From the NCBI GenBank assembly GCA_965198235.1, contig OZ240248.1:1824001-1888000 (forward strand): a stretch of DNA of 64,000 bases, written 5' to 3'. The notes beneath the pieces were generated by a model that worked only from the letters and a program-made list of their open reading frames with translations, was not told where the DNA came from and made no database searches. Below, one piece after another: positions 1-10,445 of the stretch (positions are counted from its first letter, which is position 1; each line of letters begins with the position of its first letter). This DNA comes from Candidatus Poribacteria bacterium (GTDB taxonomy: Bacteria > Poribacteria > WGA-4E > WGA-3G). The position numbers and the translations under genes were made by a program.

Positions 1-211
1 ACTGCGTCGCGAGGTCAGCGAATGCAGGTTCTTGCACCAACCCGTCCCGCCGATGTGCGTAATAGTTGTGGTACTCAAACGATTCCATGAGCCGTTCGCC
101 TGCCTCGGTCAGACGTTGAATCATCTCATTGTCAATTGCTGAGCGCACAATGAGGTAACCGTTCTCCTCAAATTCTTGGTGTTGTGTCTCCGTCAACTGA
201 ACAAATTTCAT
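1..211 (-). CDS. Phytanoyl-CoA dioxygenase (PhyH) family protein, 5' part only (runs off window)
   Basis: Manual translation MKFVQLTETQHQEFEENGYLIVRSAIDNEMIQRLTEAG...HRRDGLVQEPAF is a close paralog of 17814..18629; absent from the ORF track. Confidence 0.85.
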   Translation of the reverse strand, partial: MKFVQLTETQHQEFEENGYLIVRSAIDNEMIQRLTEAGERLMESFEYHNYYAHRRDGLVQEPAFADLATQ

Positions 212-364
212 CAGTTTTCTCCTTTATCTTCTGACTTTCGTAGATGGGCTTGCAAACTGCGCCCTGATAGAGAGTTGATAGACACGTGAAAATATGCTAT
301 CATAAATGCAAAACGGTGTCTACTAATAAACAGGGTTGTTCAGAGATATAAGGAAAACCAAAAA

Positions 365-486
365 GCGAAGCCCAAGCATCGCGCTGGTTCTCACTGCGAA
401 GCATCTACGGAAAGGAACATCAAAGTCATGGGGAAACACCCAAGCAAAAACACCCAGTTCACTGAACCGCAAGGAAAATGAAAAAA
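365..486 (+). repeat. Family A hairpin repeat (degenerate, with nested CTCACTGCGAAGCA module) ending at the TPR gene start
   Basis: TCTACGGAAAGGAAC...CTGAACCGCAAGGAAAATGAAAAAAATG matches copies at 45577 and 57050. Confidence 0.65.
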
Positions 487-1629
487 ATGAAAACGAAGTT
501 TCTCTGCCTTTCTTTACTAATTTTCCTATCGGTGGCGTATCTTGCACCGGCAGAGCAGGGCAAACCGGACGAGGCAACGCTCGCCTACGAGGTAGGTCTG
601 CAAGCACTTGATCGGAAAGAGGATCACAGTGCTTTTGCAGCGTTTCAACGGGCAGTAGAACTGGATCCGACCCTCGCCGAGGCGCACTATCAACTCGGGG
701 TGCTTTACGGCAAACAATCGCAATGGAAACCAGCGATTGATGCGCTCCAGACTGCGATTAACCTCACACCCGATTTTGCTGATGCACACGTTCGCCTCGG
801 CGAAGCTTATCTTATCGGCATGGCAAGCGCTAAAGATGCGATTGAACCGTTGCGACGCGCGCTGCAATTGCGACCCGATCTCTCACGCGCGCGAAGGCTT
901 TTAGGTGATGCCTATCTCCGTCAGAACCGAATCGAAGATGCGGTTCATCACCTTGAACAAGCGATGCAGGATAGTGAAGCACGTTACCTTCTCGGTCTTG
1001 CTTACTTTCAAAAAGAAAACTTCACACAAGCAATACTGCATTTTGAAGCAGTTATTAAACGCCAAAATCGACACGCGAAAGCGCATTTCAATCTTGGGAA
1101 TTGTTATCTCCGCACGGGGAAAGTCGCTGAAGGACGCACTGCACTCCGCACATTTGAGAAACTCACGCGCGAAGAGGAACAATTGGCATCACTGCAGCGT
1201 TTGGTCCACAACCATCCGCAACGCCTTCAGCCTCGTTATGAGCTTGCAGAACTACGTGTAAAAAGAACGGAATGGGAACTTGCTACGGCAGAGCTTAAAG
1301 CATGTCTCACCATCGCGCCGCACGATGAGAAAGCATCTGAACTGCTCGGTTACATCTACCTGCAAATAGAGGCTTATCCAGAGGCACTTGAAGTCTATGG
1401 GGGTCTCGTTGAAGCACACCCAGAGAGCGCAATATACCGGAATAGTCTCGGCATTGTCTATATGATGCTAAAAAAACCTCGGCAGGCGATCGCGCAGTTT
1501 GAAACGGCGACACGCCTTGGCACAATGAATCCACAACTTTACCGAAACTTGGCGAATGCCTATCGGCAAATCGGCGAGCGGGCGAAAGCAGAACAGGCGT
1601 ACCAACGTTACCGCTCACTGACGAAATGA
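478..1629 (+). CDS. Secreted tetratricopeptide-repeat protein
   Basis: N-terminal signal peptide, multiple TPR units (AEAHYQLG, AKAHFNLG); start may be 487. Confidence 0.9.
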   Translation: MKKMKTKFLCLSLLIFLSVAYLAPAEQGKPDEATLAYEVGLQALDRKEDHSAFAAFQRAVELDPTLAEAHYQLGVLYGKQSQWKPAIDALQTAINLTPDFADAHVRLGEAYLIGMASAKDAIEPLRRALQLRPDLSRARRLLGDAYLRQNRIEDAVHHLEQAMQDSEARYLLGLAYFQKENFTQAILHFEAVIKRQNRHAKAHFNLGNCYLRTGKVAEGRTALRTFEKLTREEEQLASLQRLVHNHPQRLQPRYELAELRVKRTEWELATAELKACLTIAPHDEKASELLGYIYLQIEAYPEALEVYGGLVEAHPESAIYRNSLGIVYMMLKKPRQAIAQFETATRLGTMNPQLYRNLANAYRQIGERAKAEQAYQRYRSLTK

Positions 1630-1709
1630 AATTCCGTTTTTCTCATCAGGCTTAGTGTTTTGGATGCGGTTGTTTTGGACGAATCTACTGTAAAAAATGG
1701 CTATGAGAA

Positions 1710-1809
1710 GATCGGAAACCTGTGCGAAACGAAATTATGCCTTAACTGGCATAATTTGTCTTTGCTTTACATTTGGAGCACAGTCCAGGCGGCTATAATT
1801 AAAAATATG
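1710..1809 (+). repeat. Family B hairpin repeat with ~40-bp palindromic insert
   Basis: CTGTGC(1720-25)/GCACAG(1778-83) stem; inner AAATTATGCC-N6-GGCATAATTT; near-identical insert at 27640-27685. Confidence 0.8.
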
Positions 1810-3360
1810 AACAAATCACAATCTCGACTTTCAGGTGTTACCAATATCTCATCCTCATGGCTGAGGAAAAAGAGTTTACAGCGGCAAAAGCATGCCGATG
1901 TCTGCGTTATCGGTTCCGGTGCAGGGGGCGCGGTCGTCGCAAAGGAACTCGCTGAAGCCGGGCTATCGGTAATTATTTTAGAGGCAGGGGAAAATCACGA
2001 TCCAAGTACCTTCAGCAGTTACGAACCGGAAATGCTCCGTCGCCTTTTCTGGGATAGCGGTTTACGGTGCACACGGGACAATGCGATCGTCATTTCGCAG
2101 GGAAAAGGCGTTGGCGGTTCAACGGTGCACAACCTCTGTTATGCGGTCCGTCCACCCCAAGCACTGTTATACAAGTGGCGGGTTCCAGAGATTTGGCCCC
2201 ACTTCAATCAGGTGGAGCAGACGCTCGGCGTTACGCAGATGCGAGAAACAGACGTAAATCTATTAAATGCTGTTATCCGCCGTGGGTGCGAGGCGATGCG
2301 GTGGCGCGGTGGATTGCAAAGGCACAATCGTGGTGCATGCCCGACATGTGGAGCTCAGTGTCTTTTTGGATGTCCTGTTTCCAAAGTAGCGCAAGGCACT
2401 TCGAGAGGAACAGGAAAACAAAGCATGGCGGTTACGTATATCCCTTTGGCACTTGCCGCAGGTGCGAAACTTTACAGCGACTGTATGGCTGAGGAAATTC
2501 ACGTGAAAAAAGGGCGAGTCGTTGGTGTTTCCGCACGGGTGCCATCGGGCACACTGCGTGTTCAAAGCGATATAGTGGTACTCGCCGCTGGGGCAATCAA
2601 CTCACCACAACTTTGGTTAAAAAGCCGACTTCCCAATACAAACCAGCGGGTCGGGAAAAATCTTCATCTGCATCCCGCTGCTTTCGTCGGCGGTGTCTTT
2701 AACGAAACTATCAACGGGCATCTCGGCATCCCGCAAAGTTACTATATTGATCACTTTCTGGATTTGAGACGCACGCCGGACAGCGGTTATCTGCTCATGC
2801 CGGCTTTCGGTTCACAGATGGTAGTTGCGGCGAGTTTGCCAGGGTTCGGTGAAGATCATCGAGAATTGATGGAACGCTATCACCACATCGCCGCGCTCCT
2901 CATTCTTTTGCATGACAGAACAACTGGACGCGTATCGGTAAATTATAAAGGCTCTCCGAACATTGCATACCGACTACGCCGTTCGGATAGAAAGGTATTG
3001 GTGGAAGGGATAATCAACGCCGCTCGACTCCTTTTCGCCGCAGGAGCAACAGAAATTCTGATGCCTTACACACAGCACCTTCCTATCAAAACAGAGGCTG
3101 ACCTTGATATTATCCGCCAACGTGGCATCGTGCCAAACGACATCATGTTGGCTTCCAGTCATCCACAGGGCACACTTCAGATGGGCGAAAATCCGAACAG
3201 CAGCGTCGTTAATCTTTCAGGGGAATCCCACGCCGTGAAAGGTTTATTTGTTGCCGATGCAAGTCTTTTCCCAACTTCTGTCGGTATACCACCGACATTG
3301 ACGATCGCCGCGCTCGCTACGCATGTTGCCCATCGGATAACAGAGAGCGGTATCGTGTAG
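1807..3360 (+). CDS. GMC family oxidoreductase (FAD)
   Basis: VIGSGAGG FAD motif, GKGVGGST, HPQGT, ADASLFPTS; the ORF-track start at 1660 translates repeat DNA, so 1807 is preferred. Confidence 0.88.
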   Translation: MNKSQSRLSGVTNISSSWLRKKSLQRQKHADVCVIGSGAGGAVVAKELAEAGLSVIILEAGENHDPSTFSSYEPEMLRRLFWDSGLRCTRDNAIVISQGKGVGGSTVHNLCYAVRPPQALLYKWRVPEIWPHFNQVEQTLGVTQMRETDVNLLNAVIRRGCEAMRWRGGLQRHNRGACPTCGAQCLFGCPVSKVAQGTSRGTGKQSMAVTYIPLALAAGAKLYSDCMAEEIHVKKGRVVGVSARVPSGTLRVQSDIVVLAAGAINSPQLWLKSRLPNTNQRVGKNLHLHPAAFVGGVFNETINGHLGIPQSYYIDHFLDLRRTPDSGYLLMPAFGSQMVVAASLPGFGEDHRELMERYHHIAALLILLHDRTTGRVSVNYKGSPNIAYRLRRSDRKVLVEGIINAARLLFAAGATEILMPYTQHLPIKTEADLDIIRQRGIVPNDIMLASSHPQGTLQMGENPNSSVVNLSGESHAVKGLFVADASLFPTSVGIPPTLTIAALATHVAHRITESGIV

Positions 3361-3417
3361 GAGTGACAAGTTGCTTCCCACAATCCCCGGACTTCAGCGC
3401 AAAAGCGGGTTAACAAG

Positions 3418-4437
3418 ATGATTGAATCAATCCCACACCTTTCACTCGGAAGCTTCCCAACACCGGTGGAACGTCTCTCAAACCTTGAACGCGCCCTCGG
3501 CTTCAAGTCGCTCTGGATAAAACGAGACGATCTCAGTGGTCCGTTAGGCGGCGGCAACAAGGTACGTAAATTAGAGTACATGTTTGCGGCGGCGCAAGCA
3601 TTCCCCGATGGAGACGAGAAAAAAACGCTTTTTACAATCGGTCCAACAGGCTCTAATCACGTCCGAGCGACAGCCGTTTATGGGAAAGCATCGGGGTTTC
3701 GCGTGGAATGCTTGCTCTTTAAACAACCTCCGACTGAGTATTCTGAAGCAAACTATCGCGAAATTTATGAAAATGCCTACCGAGTCTACGAAGTGAAACG
3801 TATGCATACGATGTTCGCTCGTTACGCCTATGAACAGACTAAGACGGTTCTTGGGATTGGAGAGGAACGCTACTTCATTCCAGCGGGTGGTTCTTCACCA
3901 CTCGGTTCTGTCGGTTATGTGAAAGCGGTTTCAGAACTGAAGTCCCAGATTGAGGCGGACATCTTGCCAGAACCGCGATTTATCTTTGTTCCCGTAGGAA
4001 CCTGCGGAACGATAGCAGGCTTGATCGTTGGCGTGCGACTCGCCGGGTTGCGAACCCAAATTGTGGGTGTACGCGTCGCTGACTCGGTGGTGGCAAATTC
4101 GTGGGCAATCTCCCGTATGGTACGCCATATCCTACGTCTCATCGGCGCAGTAGACGCTCACGACATCAACCCACGCCGTATTGAACTCTGGCACGGCGAT
4201 TTTGGAAAAGGGTATGCCATTCCAACGGAAGCCGGCACGCGTGCAGTCGCAATGATGGCTGAACATGAAGGTATTACGCTCGAAAATACATACACCGGCA
4301 AAACGTTGGCAGGGATGGCTCACTACATAAAAGATCACGGATGTGAAGGCGAACACGTCCTGTTCTGGAACACGTATGGCACAACGTTAGTTCCGACGCT
4401 GGCGAGGTTTCCAACCTCGCCCACACAAAAAACTTGA
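3418..4437 (+). CDS. PLP-dependent D-cysteine desulfhydrase / ACC deaminase family
   Basis: IKRDDLSG..GGNKVRKLEY PLP-lysine motif, SNH, YTGK. Confidence 0.88.
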   Translation: MIESIPHLSLGSFPTPVERLSNLERALGFKSLWIKRDDLSGPLGGGNKVRKLEYMFAAAQAFPDGDEKKTLFTIGPTGSNHVRATAVYGKASGFRVECLLFKQPPTEYSEANYREIYENAYRVYEVKRMHTMFARYAYEQTKTVLGIGEERYFIPAGGSSPLGSVGYVKAVSELKSQIEADILPEPRFIFVPVGTCGTIAGLIVGVRLAGLRTQIVGVRVADSVVANSWAISRMVRHILRLIGAVDAHDINPRRIELWHGDFGKGYAIPTEAGTRAVAMMAEHEGITLENTYTGKTLAGMAHYIKDHGCEGEHVLFWNTYGTTLVPTLARFPTSPTQKT

Positions 4438-4489
4438 TAAACTCAACAAAGTGGCGTATAATTCAATCCTAAATGCAAAAGGAAAATGT

Positions 4490-5575
4490 ATGGAAACAGA
4501 GAAGAGTAAACCCAATTTCGTTCAAGCTGGCATGTCCATAATCGACTGCGACCTCCACAATCGGCTTCCCTCACATCGGGTGCTCTACCCGTACCTACCC
4601 GATTACTGGTGCGATTATTGCGAGGAATCCGGCTTTCCCGGACCGGACGCGGACGACTATCCAGACGGTGTCCCGACTTCAACCCGACCGGAAATCACGT
4701 ACTCCTCAGAAGACCGTCCCGCATCGGATTTAGCACTCCTACGTGAACACGCCCTCGATTACTGGGAAGTCGAATACGGTGTCCTCACCTGTGGCTATCG
4801 GGTCCAGAGCGTACACAACGAAGACTTAGCAGCGGCACTCGCTTCGGCGGTCAACGATTGGCAGATTGAACACTGGCTGGATCCTGAACCCCGCTTACGC
4901 GGTTCGCTGATTGTGCCGAGCCAAAACCCGGAACTCGCGGCAAGGGAAATTGAACGTTTAGGTGGGCATCCGGGGTTTGTACAGGTAATGCTACCTGCCC
5001 GATCACAAGCACCTTACGGCAATAGACGCTATCATCCGATCTACGCTGCAGCTGTGCGTCACCAACTCGTAATCGGTATCCATTACGGTGGTGCTCCTGG
5101 ACTACCACCGACTTCTGTTGGATGGCCCTCGACTTATTTAGAAGGGTATGTTGGTATGTCGCAGGTATTTCAGGCGCAGGTGCTGAGTCTCGTGTCAGAA
5201 GGAGTCTTTGAACTGTTTCCCGACTTACGTGTTGCGCTCATAGAGACCGGTGTCACCTGGATGCCATCCCTCATGTGGCGGTTCGATAAGGAATGGCGCG
5301 GCTTACGAAGTCTGACCCCCTGGGTTAAGCAGCTGCCGTCAGCATATATCCGCCAACATATCCGTATGACGCTCCAGCCGATTGATGCGCCGCCAACCGC
5401 AGCAGAACTCCTTCAGATTGTCGGTCAACTCGATTCAGAAGACATGTTGATGTTCTCAAGCGACTATCCCCACTGGCACTTTGACTCTCCCGCCGAAGCC
5501 TTTCCTGCGCAACTGCCCCAATCGTTAGCACGCAAAATCTTGTCCGAAAATGCGAGGGAATTCTATCGCTTTTGA
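4490..5575 (+). CDS. Amidohydrolase_2 family protein
   Basis: IIDCDLH, FSSDYPHWHFD; paralog of 16720..17799. Confidence 0.9.
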   Translation: METEKSKPNFVQAGMSIIDCDLHNRLPSHRVLYPYLPDYWCDYCEESGFPGPDADDYPDGVPTSTRPEITYSSEDRPASDLALLREHALDYWEVEYGVLTCGYRVQSVHNEDLAAALASAVNDWQIEHWLDPEPRLRGSLIVPSQNPELAAREIERLGGHPGFVQVMLPARSQAPYGNRRYHPIYAAAVRHQLVIGIHYGGAPGLPPTSVGWPSTYLEGYVGMSQVFQAQVLSLVSEGVFELFPDLRVALIETGVTWMPSLMWRFDKEWRGLRSLTPWVKQLPSAYIRQHIRMTLQPIDAPPTAAELLQIVGQLDSEDMLMFSSDYPHWHFDSPAEAFPAQLPQSLARKILSENAREFYRF

Positions 5576-5850
5576 GTGTGTGCTTAGTGCTGTCCACTAA
5601 AATGCATTTCCGATACAGCCCTCACCCCAGTGTATTCCTCACAATTGTATTCCTCACAATTGGCGATTTAGCGAGTTTCTCCAACCCAATTCCCGCAGCA
5701 TACCTTTCTCATTCATTTTTTTTTCAGATTATGCACGTTTTCTATCCCAAAGACGTATCTTTAATTATAAAGTGCTAACACAATGTGTAAGTGTCTTGGT
5801 ATTGGAAGACGCGGTCTATTCAATCTATTCATTAATCATGGAGTATCCTG

Positions 5851-8772
5851 ATGGAAAGAGAAGACGATATTCAACTCATCCGTAGAATCTTATCAGGCGA
5901 CGATACGGCATTTGAAACCTTAGTTCAAAAATACCAAGGGAGTATTCATGCACTTGCGTGGCGGAAGATTGGTGATTTTCACATTGCTGAAGAGATTACC
6001 CAAGACACTTTCCTCCAAGTATACAAGAACCTCTCACAGTTAAGGAATCCAAATCAACTCTTAGGATGGATGTATGTCATTGCCAATCGACTCTGCCTTA
6101 AATGGCTCGAAAAGAATAAGTCTGTCATGCAATCACTGGAGGACACACCTGTGGAAGAAATCGAGAGAGCCTCTTATACACATCACGTAGCGGAACAGCG
6201 AGAAACAGAGCGCACTGAGCGGCACCATGAACTCGTCAAAAAACTGCTCGCAAAACTCCCAGAGAGCGAACGCACCGTCGTGACGCTCTATTATCTCGGT
6301 AAGATGACGACCAAAGAAATTAGTAAATTCTTAGGCGTGTCTGTGAACACAATTACAAGCCGGCTCCAGCGGGCGCGAAAGCGTTTACAAGAACAGCAGG
6401 AAGTGTTAATTCAGGAAGTTCTCGGCGGCGTACAAATACCGGCAAGTGTAAGCGAGAACATTATGCGACAAGTCCCTAACATAAAACCCACACCCTCTCC
6501 GGCTTCTAAACCCTTCCTCCCATGGATGGCTTTGGGGACGGCTGCAGTTCTGATTGCCTTGCTGCTCGGCGCAAGCGACCGATACCTCACCCGTTTCCAG
6601 AAGCCGTATAGTTTTGAAGCACAATCTGAACCGACGATTGAAATTGTCGACGCGCCTGTCATCCTTGATATAACAGCGAAACCCGCTGTGCGAAATCAGG
6701 TCGGACGGGATACCAGTCTCGGTAAAGCCAACCGTGTCGGCACGCAAAGGTCTGATGTAACCTCAACATCTCCTACAGCAGAGAATTTCACCAAGTTCTC
6801 TACCGCACAGTGGTCGCAGGGAAACGGACCGCCAGGGGGTCCTGTAAACAATATTTTTGCTACATCTGACGGAACCGCCTATGCTGTCATACAAACAGGG
6901 GTATACAAATTAACAGCAGATGCAACCGCATGGGCAAACGTCAACGCGAGTGTCCCGATTGGCGAGGGGTTCATGCCAATGGCAGCGTATGAAGGAATGC
7001 TTTATATTGTTGCTGCCGATGAGATGTTTGCTTCAGAGAACAGGGGTGAGACGTGGAATACACTGGGTCCCCGACCCAAGGGAGATGCCGTTGAATTCGT
7101 CATTACAGATGCCGAACAAGCGTCCAGTTCACAAGTGCCTTTTACGATGTATCTCGCACTTAGAGATGAAGGGATCTTCCGATCCACAGATGGTGGGACG
7201 CACTGGAGTCCTCTGAACGACGGGTTGACGGTTTCCGAAAAAATCTCCGCAATGACTGCTATTGGAAAAACAGTGTTTGCGGGTACGGAGAACGGTCTCT
7301 ACCGTCTCGATTCAGATATTTGGAAAAAATTGCCACTGGATACATCAGGAGCCGTCTGTTCCTTGGCGGTATCTGGGAATGATCTTTATGCTGGGATAGG
7401 GCATGAGCTGTTGGTGAAATTAACGCGAATGGAGTTACAGCAGATAGATCAAGGAGATTTACATTTTTCCAAGAAGATATTCCATTCAACTGACGTGGGA
7501 GCGTCGTGGATTGAAATAAGGCTTGGACGTAAACATCTTCGCAAAGTTTCAACCGCAGGTATAACGGTTTTAGCAACAGGTAAAACACTCTTGGCATTGG
7601 GTTACGCGCAATCTCGTTCAACAGATGGCGGACAAACATGGACAGAACTTGAAAATGACCAGAATTTTTTGGGCAGGAGTCGCCTTCCAGCTGTGATGGT
7701 CAACGAGAGAACGTATTACAAAGCGAATGTATGGGGCATTCATCGCACGACGGATGGTGGTGAGTCATGGCATATATTTATGAATGGGGTGATGGGAACT
7801 ATCGTAATCGATCTCGTCGCGTTTAACAATAGGTTATACGCACATACTGGCTATGAAGTTTATCAATCAACGGATGGGGGTGTGTCTTGGAAAAAACTTT
7901 GGAATCATGGGCAGGAAGCTGTACTCAACATCCCTACTACAAGGTTGAGTTTTGAGTCAAAACTGATACCCGTTGGCAACATTCTTTATTCTCTTTCAAG
8001 TGTAGGGGACAATTTGAGTATTTTCCGTTTATCTACTGATGGCGATATGCTAATTCCAGTTCAAGGTGTTCCTGTTTTCGATCGTAGAAAACGCGCCCGT
8101 GAAAAATATTATAAGTCAAAAGATCGAGAGGATCTTTGGGCAGGTCGTCTAAAAACTGAGACTGCTGCTGCGAGTCGTGATGTATTTTATGTAGAGTGCT
8201 TGGGAGAACTCTTCAAATGGAAACTTGGTGATTCGGAATGGATAAGCACTGGATTAGTAGATGATAGTCATCTACCTTATGACAATTTCAGAAAGGGATT
8301 CAAATTAGCAGTTTTAGGGGAAACTGTCTATGTAGGGAAGCGAGATGGTAAGTTGTTTCAGTCGCTTGATGAAGGGAATAGTTGGAGAGATGTCACACCA
8401 AGTCTACCGCTCCGCTTCACTCGATTCAACGATATAGTCTTTGTAGGCTCAACCTGTTATGTTGCAACAGATAATGGAGTCACGGTTTCCCAAACTGGGG
8501 AACAGTGGCTTGTGCTCACCGATAGCAGAGGAGAGCGTCCCATCATAAATAGGTTTGCTGTAGATGATGACAAGGTTTATGGTATCGGCGATGCTGGAGG
8601 CTATCGTTTGGATACGGATATGCAATGGGAACAGATTTCTTCAGAAGTACCAAATGAAATCAGTGCTTTCGCCATTGCTAATGATAAGTTCTATAGTGCT
8701 ACCGATCAGGTCTATAGTGCTAAAGAGAACGGACTGTTTTACATCTTGCTTGAAGAGAATGAAGAAAAATAA
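5851..8772 (+). CDS. ECF sigma-70 factor with TM helix and C-terminal BNR/Asp-box beta-propeller
   Basis: Region 2 (AEEITQDTF), region 4 (LPESERTVVTLYY...EISKFLGVSVNTITSRLQRARKRL), TM PWMALGTAAVLIALLLG, repeated S/T-x-DGG-x-x-W. Confidence 0.9.
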   Translation: MEREDDIQLIRRILSGDDTAFETLVQKYQGSIHALAWRKIGDFHIAEEITQDTFLQVYKNLSQLRNPNQLLGWMYVIANRLCLKWLEKNKSVMQSLEDTPVEEIERASYTHHVAEQRETERTERHHELVKKLLAKLPESERTVVTLYYLGKMTTKEISKFLGVSVNTITSRLQRARKRLQEQQEVLIQEVLGGVQIPASVSENIMRQVPNIKPTPSPASKPFLPWMALGTAAVLIALLLGASDRYLTRFQKPYSFEAQSEPTIEIVDAPVILDITAKPAVRNQVGRDTSLGKANRVGTQRSDVTSTSPTAENFTKFSTAQWSQGNGPPGGPVNNIFATSDGTAYAVIQTGVYKLTADATAWANVNASVPIGEGFMPMAAYEGMLYIVAADEMFASENRGETWNTLGPRPKGDAVEFVITDAEQASSSQVPFTMYLALRDEGIFRSTDGGTHWSPLNDGLTVSEKISAMTAIGKTVFAGTENGLYRLDSDIWKKLPLDTSGAVCSLAVSGNDLYAGIGHELLVKLTRMELQQIDQGDLHFSKKIFHSTDVGASWIEIRLGRKHLRKVSTAGITVLATGKTLLALGYAQSRSTDGGQTWTELENDQNFLGRSRLPAVMVNERTYYKANVWGIHRTTDGGESWHIFMNGVMGTIVIDLVAFNNRLYAHTGYEVYQSTDGGVSWKKLWNHGQEAVLNIPTTRLSFESKLIPVGNILYSLSSVGDNLSIFRLSTDGDMLIPVQGVPVFDRRKRAREKYYKSKDREDLWAGRLKTETAAASRDVFYVECLGELFKWKLGDSEWISTGLVDDSHLPYDNFRKGFKLAVLGETVYVGKRDGKLFQSLDEGNSWRDVTPSLPLRFTRFNDIVFVGSTCYVATDNGVTVSQTGEQWLVLTDSRGERPIINRFAVDDDKVYGIGDAGGYRLDTDMQWEQISSEVPNEISAFAIANDKFYSATDQVYSAKENGLFYILLEENEEK

Positions 8773-8955
8773 ATGACATCTGGTGGGTAAAAATGGTGCC
8801 AAGACTGGCATCCCGCTTGCAGTCAAACAAGAGTATCCATCAAGCACGCAGTAACGGATATGAAATCATTTTTTTGGGCGAAGGTATTGCTTTTTGCTGC
8901 CGATTTTGATCGCCCAGAGATTATTTTTGCTCAAAAAACAGGAGAGGTCAGATCA

Positions 8956-10065
8956 ATGTCAAGCTTGTTCAATTCTAAAAGAACCCTCGTTATGGGGGTC
9001 GTTGTTTTCAGCCTCTTGCTTCTGCAAATAGAGGCTTTTGCGGGGGAGGCGTGGGAACCCATCACGCGGCTCCCCACTGAGAGAAGGGGGTTCGCCACAG
9101 CTGTCGTGGATAATAAGGTGTATCTCATCGGGGGCAGCCTGATTGAAGACGTGAAGCGAGGGATAAGAGATCCAGGGCCCTTTGGAATTTCAACCGTTGA
9201 GGAGTATGATCCGCAAACCAATAGGTGGAGGCCCCGCGCAGACATGCCAACGCCACGCGAGTATCCTAAAGTTGCAGTCGTTGATGGGATCATCTATGTC
9301 TTCGGGGGGTCGAGTGGGAAAGATAACAAAATTGGGAATATGAAATTCCCGGTTCGCGTAGAGGCATACAATCCGAAGAATAATAGATGGATCCGGAAAA
9401 AAGATATGCCGGTTTCTCGTATCAACTTTGGATTGGGTGTGGTTGCTGGAAGAGTCTATCTCATCGGCGGTGCGACAGGCTTCGGTGGGGGACATAAACA
9501 ACGGATGGACCGAGTTGATGTCTATAATCCATCGACGGATCTGTGGGGGACAGCTCCGAACATGCCGACCCGGCGGGGTCCAGGAGGTGTGGCTGTCGTC
9601 AACAATCGTCTTTATGTTATGGGGGGGGCTGGATGGCCCCCTGCGGGTGCTGGGCCTCATCTGAAGGTCATTGAGGAATATGACCCGATAAGTCGTCAAT
9701 GGCGGCAGAAGCCGGATATGTTAGACCTCATATCGAGGTTCTCGACAGTTGTTGTAAGAGATGAGATTTATCTCATTGGAGGTTTTCGTCCTCTCATCCG
9801 CCCGCGTGAGTATTTAGGGAGAGTGGATGTGTATCATCCGCGAACAGAGGCGTGGGACACTATTCTAGAACTGCCGAGTCCCCTGAGCCCTGTTGATGCA
9901 GCGGTGGTCAACGGCAAGATTTATGTTTTCGGGGGTTATGGAGAAGGTATAATATTTGTTCGAGACGTTCTCGTATATGATACGGGCTTTCGTGCGGTTG
10001 AGGCAACAGGTAAAATGCTGACACACTGGGGAAAACTCAAAGTAGAACACCAAAACCAACCTTGA
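8956..10065 (+). CDS. Secreted Kelch-repeat protein with conserved C-terminal tail
   Basis: Six Kelch units (YxxGG...YDP...W), signal peptide, GGAGAGG SD before 8956, tail AVEATGKMLTHWGKLK. Confidence 0.88.
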   Translation: MSSLFNSKRTLVMGVVVFSLLLLQIEAFAGEAWEPITRLPTERRGFATAVVDNKVYLIGGSLIEDVKRGIRDPGPFGISTVEEYDPQTNRWRPRADMPTPREYPKVAVVDGIIYVFGGSSGKDNKIGNMKFPVRVEAYNPKNNRWIRKKDMPVSRINFGLGVVAGRVYLIGGATGFGGGHKQRMDRVDVYNPSTDLWGTAPNMPTRRGPGGVAVVNNRLYVMGGAGWPPAGAGPHLKVIEEYDPISRQWRQKPDMLDLISRFSTVVVRDEIYLIGGFRPLIRPREYLGRVDVYHPRTEAWDTILELPSPLSPVDAAVVNGKIYVFGGYGEGIIFVRDVLVYDTGFRAVEATGKMLTHWGKLKVEHQNQP

Positions 10066-10107
10066 AGCTCACAGGTTTTTCTTTTCTCACGAAAAAGGAG
10101 ATACAAA

Positions 10108-10307
10108 ATGGGACACCGACACATCCTTACATGCCTCTTTTTGATCGCACTAATTCCGCTAAGTGCTAAAGCGTTGCCACTGCTGTTGACATCTATCCGG
10201 ACAAAGCGGTAGATCAGAAAAGTTTCTTTGACGAGGTCGTTGGTGCCCTTGCTATTGATCCCGTCGGAAAATTGGCAACGACTTGGGGAGATATTAAACG
10301 CGAATAG
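10108..10307 (+). pseudogene. Internally deleted secreted-protein gene (signal peptide plus C-terminal tail only)
   Basis: AAGGAG SD, MGHRHILTCLFLIALIPLSAKA signal, then a shifted frame ending ...ALAIDPVGKLATTWGDIKRE*. Confidence 0.7.
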
Positions 10308-10379
10308 AACACGCCACAGTTTCTATGGGTGTGTTTTCTAACCCTACCCTTAAACACCTCTGCATTAACTCCTTTTTTC

Positions 10380-10407
10380 TTGACATCTGAACAGAATTTT
10401 ATATAAT
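10380..10407 (+). promoter_or_regulatory. Sigma70-type promoter
   Basis: TTGACA-16bp-TATAAT upstream of 10446. Confidence 0.6.
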
Positions 10408-10445
10408 GGGGAAGTTAAGATCAATCATGCCGAAGACTATCAGAA

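Noticed and set aside
1660-1806. ORF-track N-terminal extensions with a shared KLCLxWHNL peptide (also 27611-27715)
   Set aside because: These are translations of the Family B repeat, not a protein domain; downstream ATGs are more plausible
5631-5662. Tandem 15-mer TGTATTCCTCACAAT x2 and the 68-aa ORF 5572..5778
   Set aside because: Simple local duplication; the ORF has no coding hallmarks
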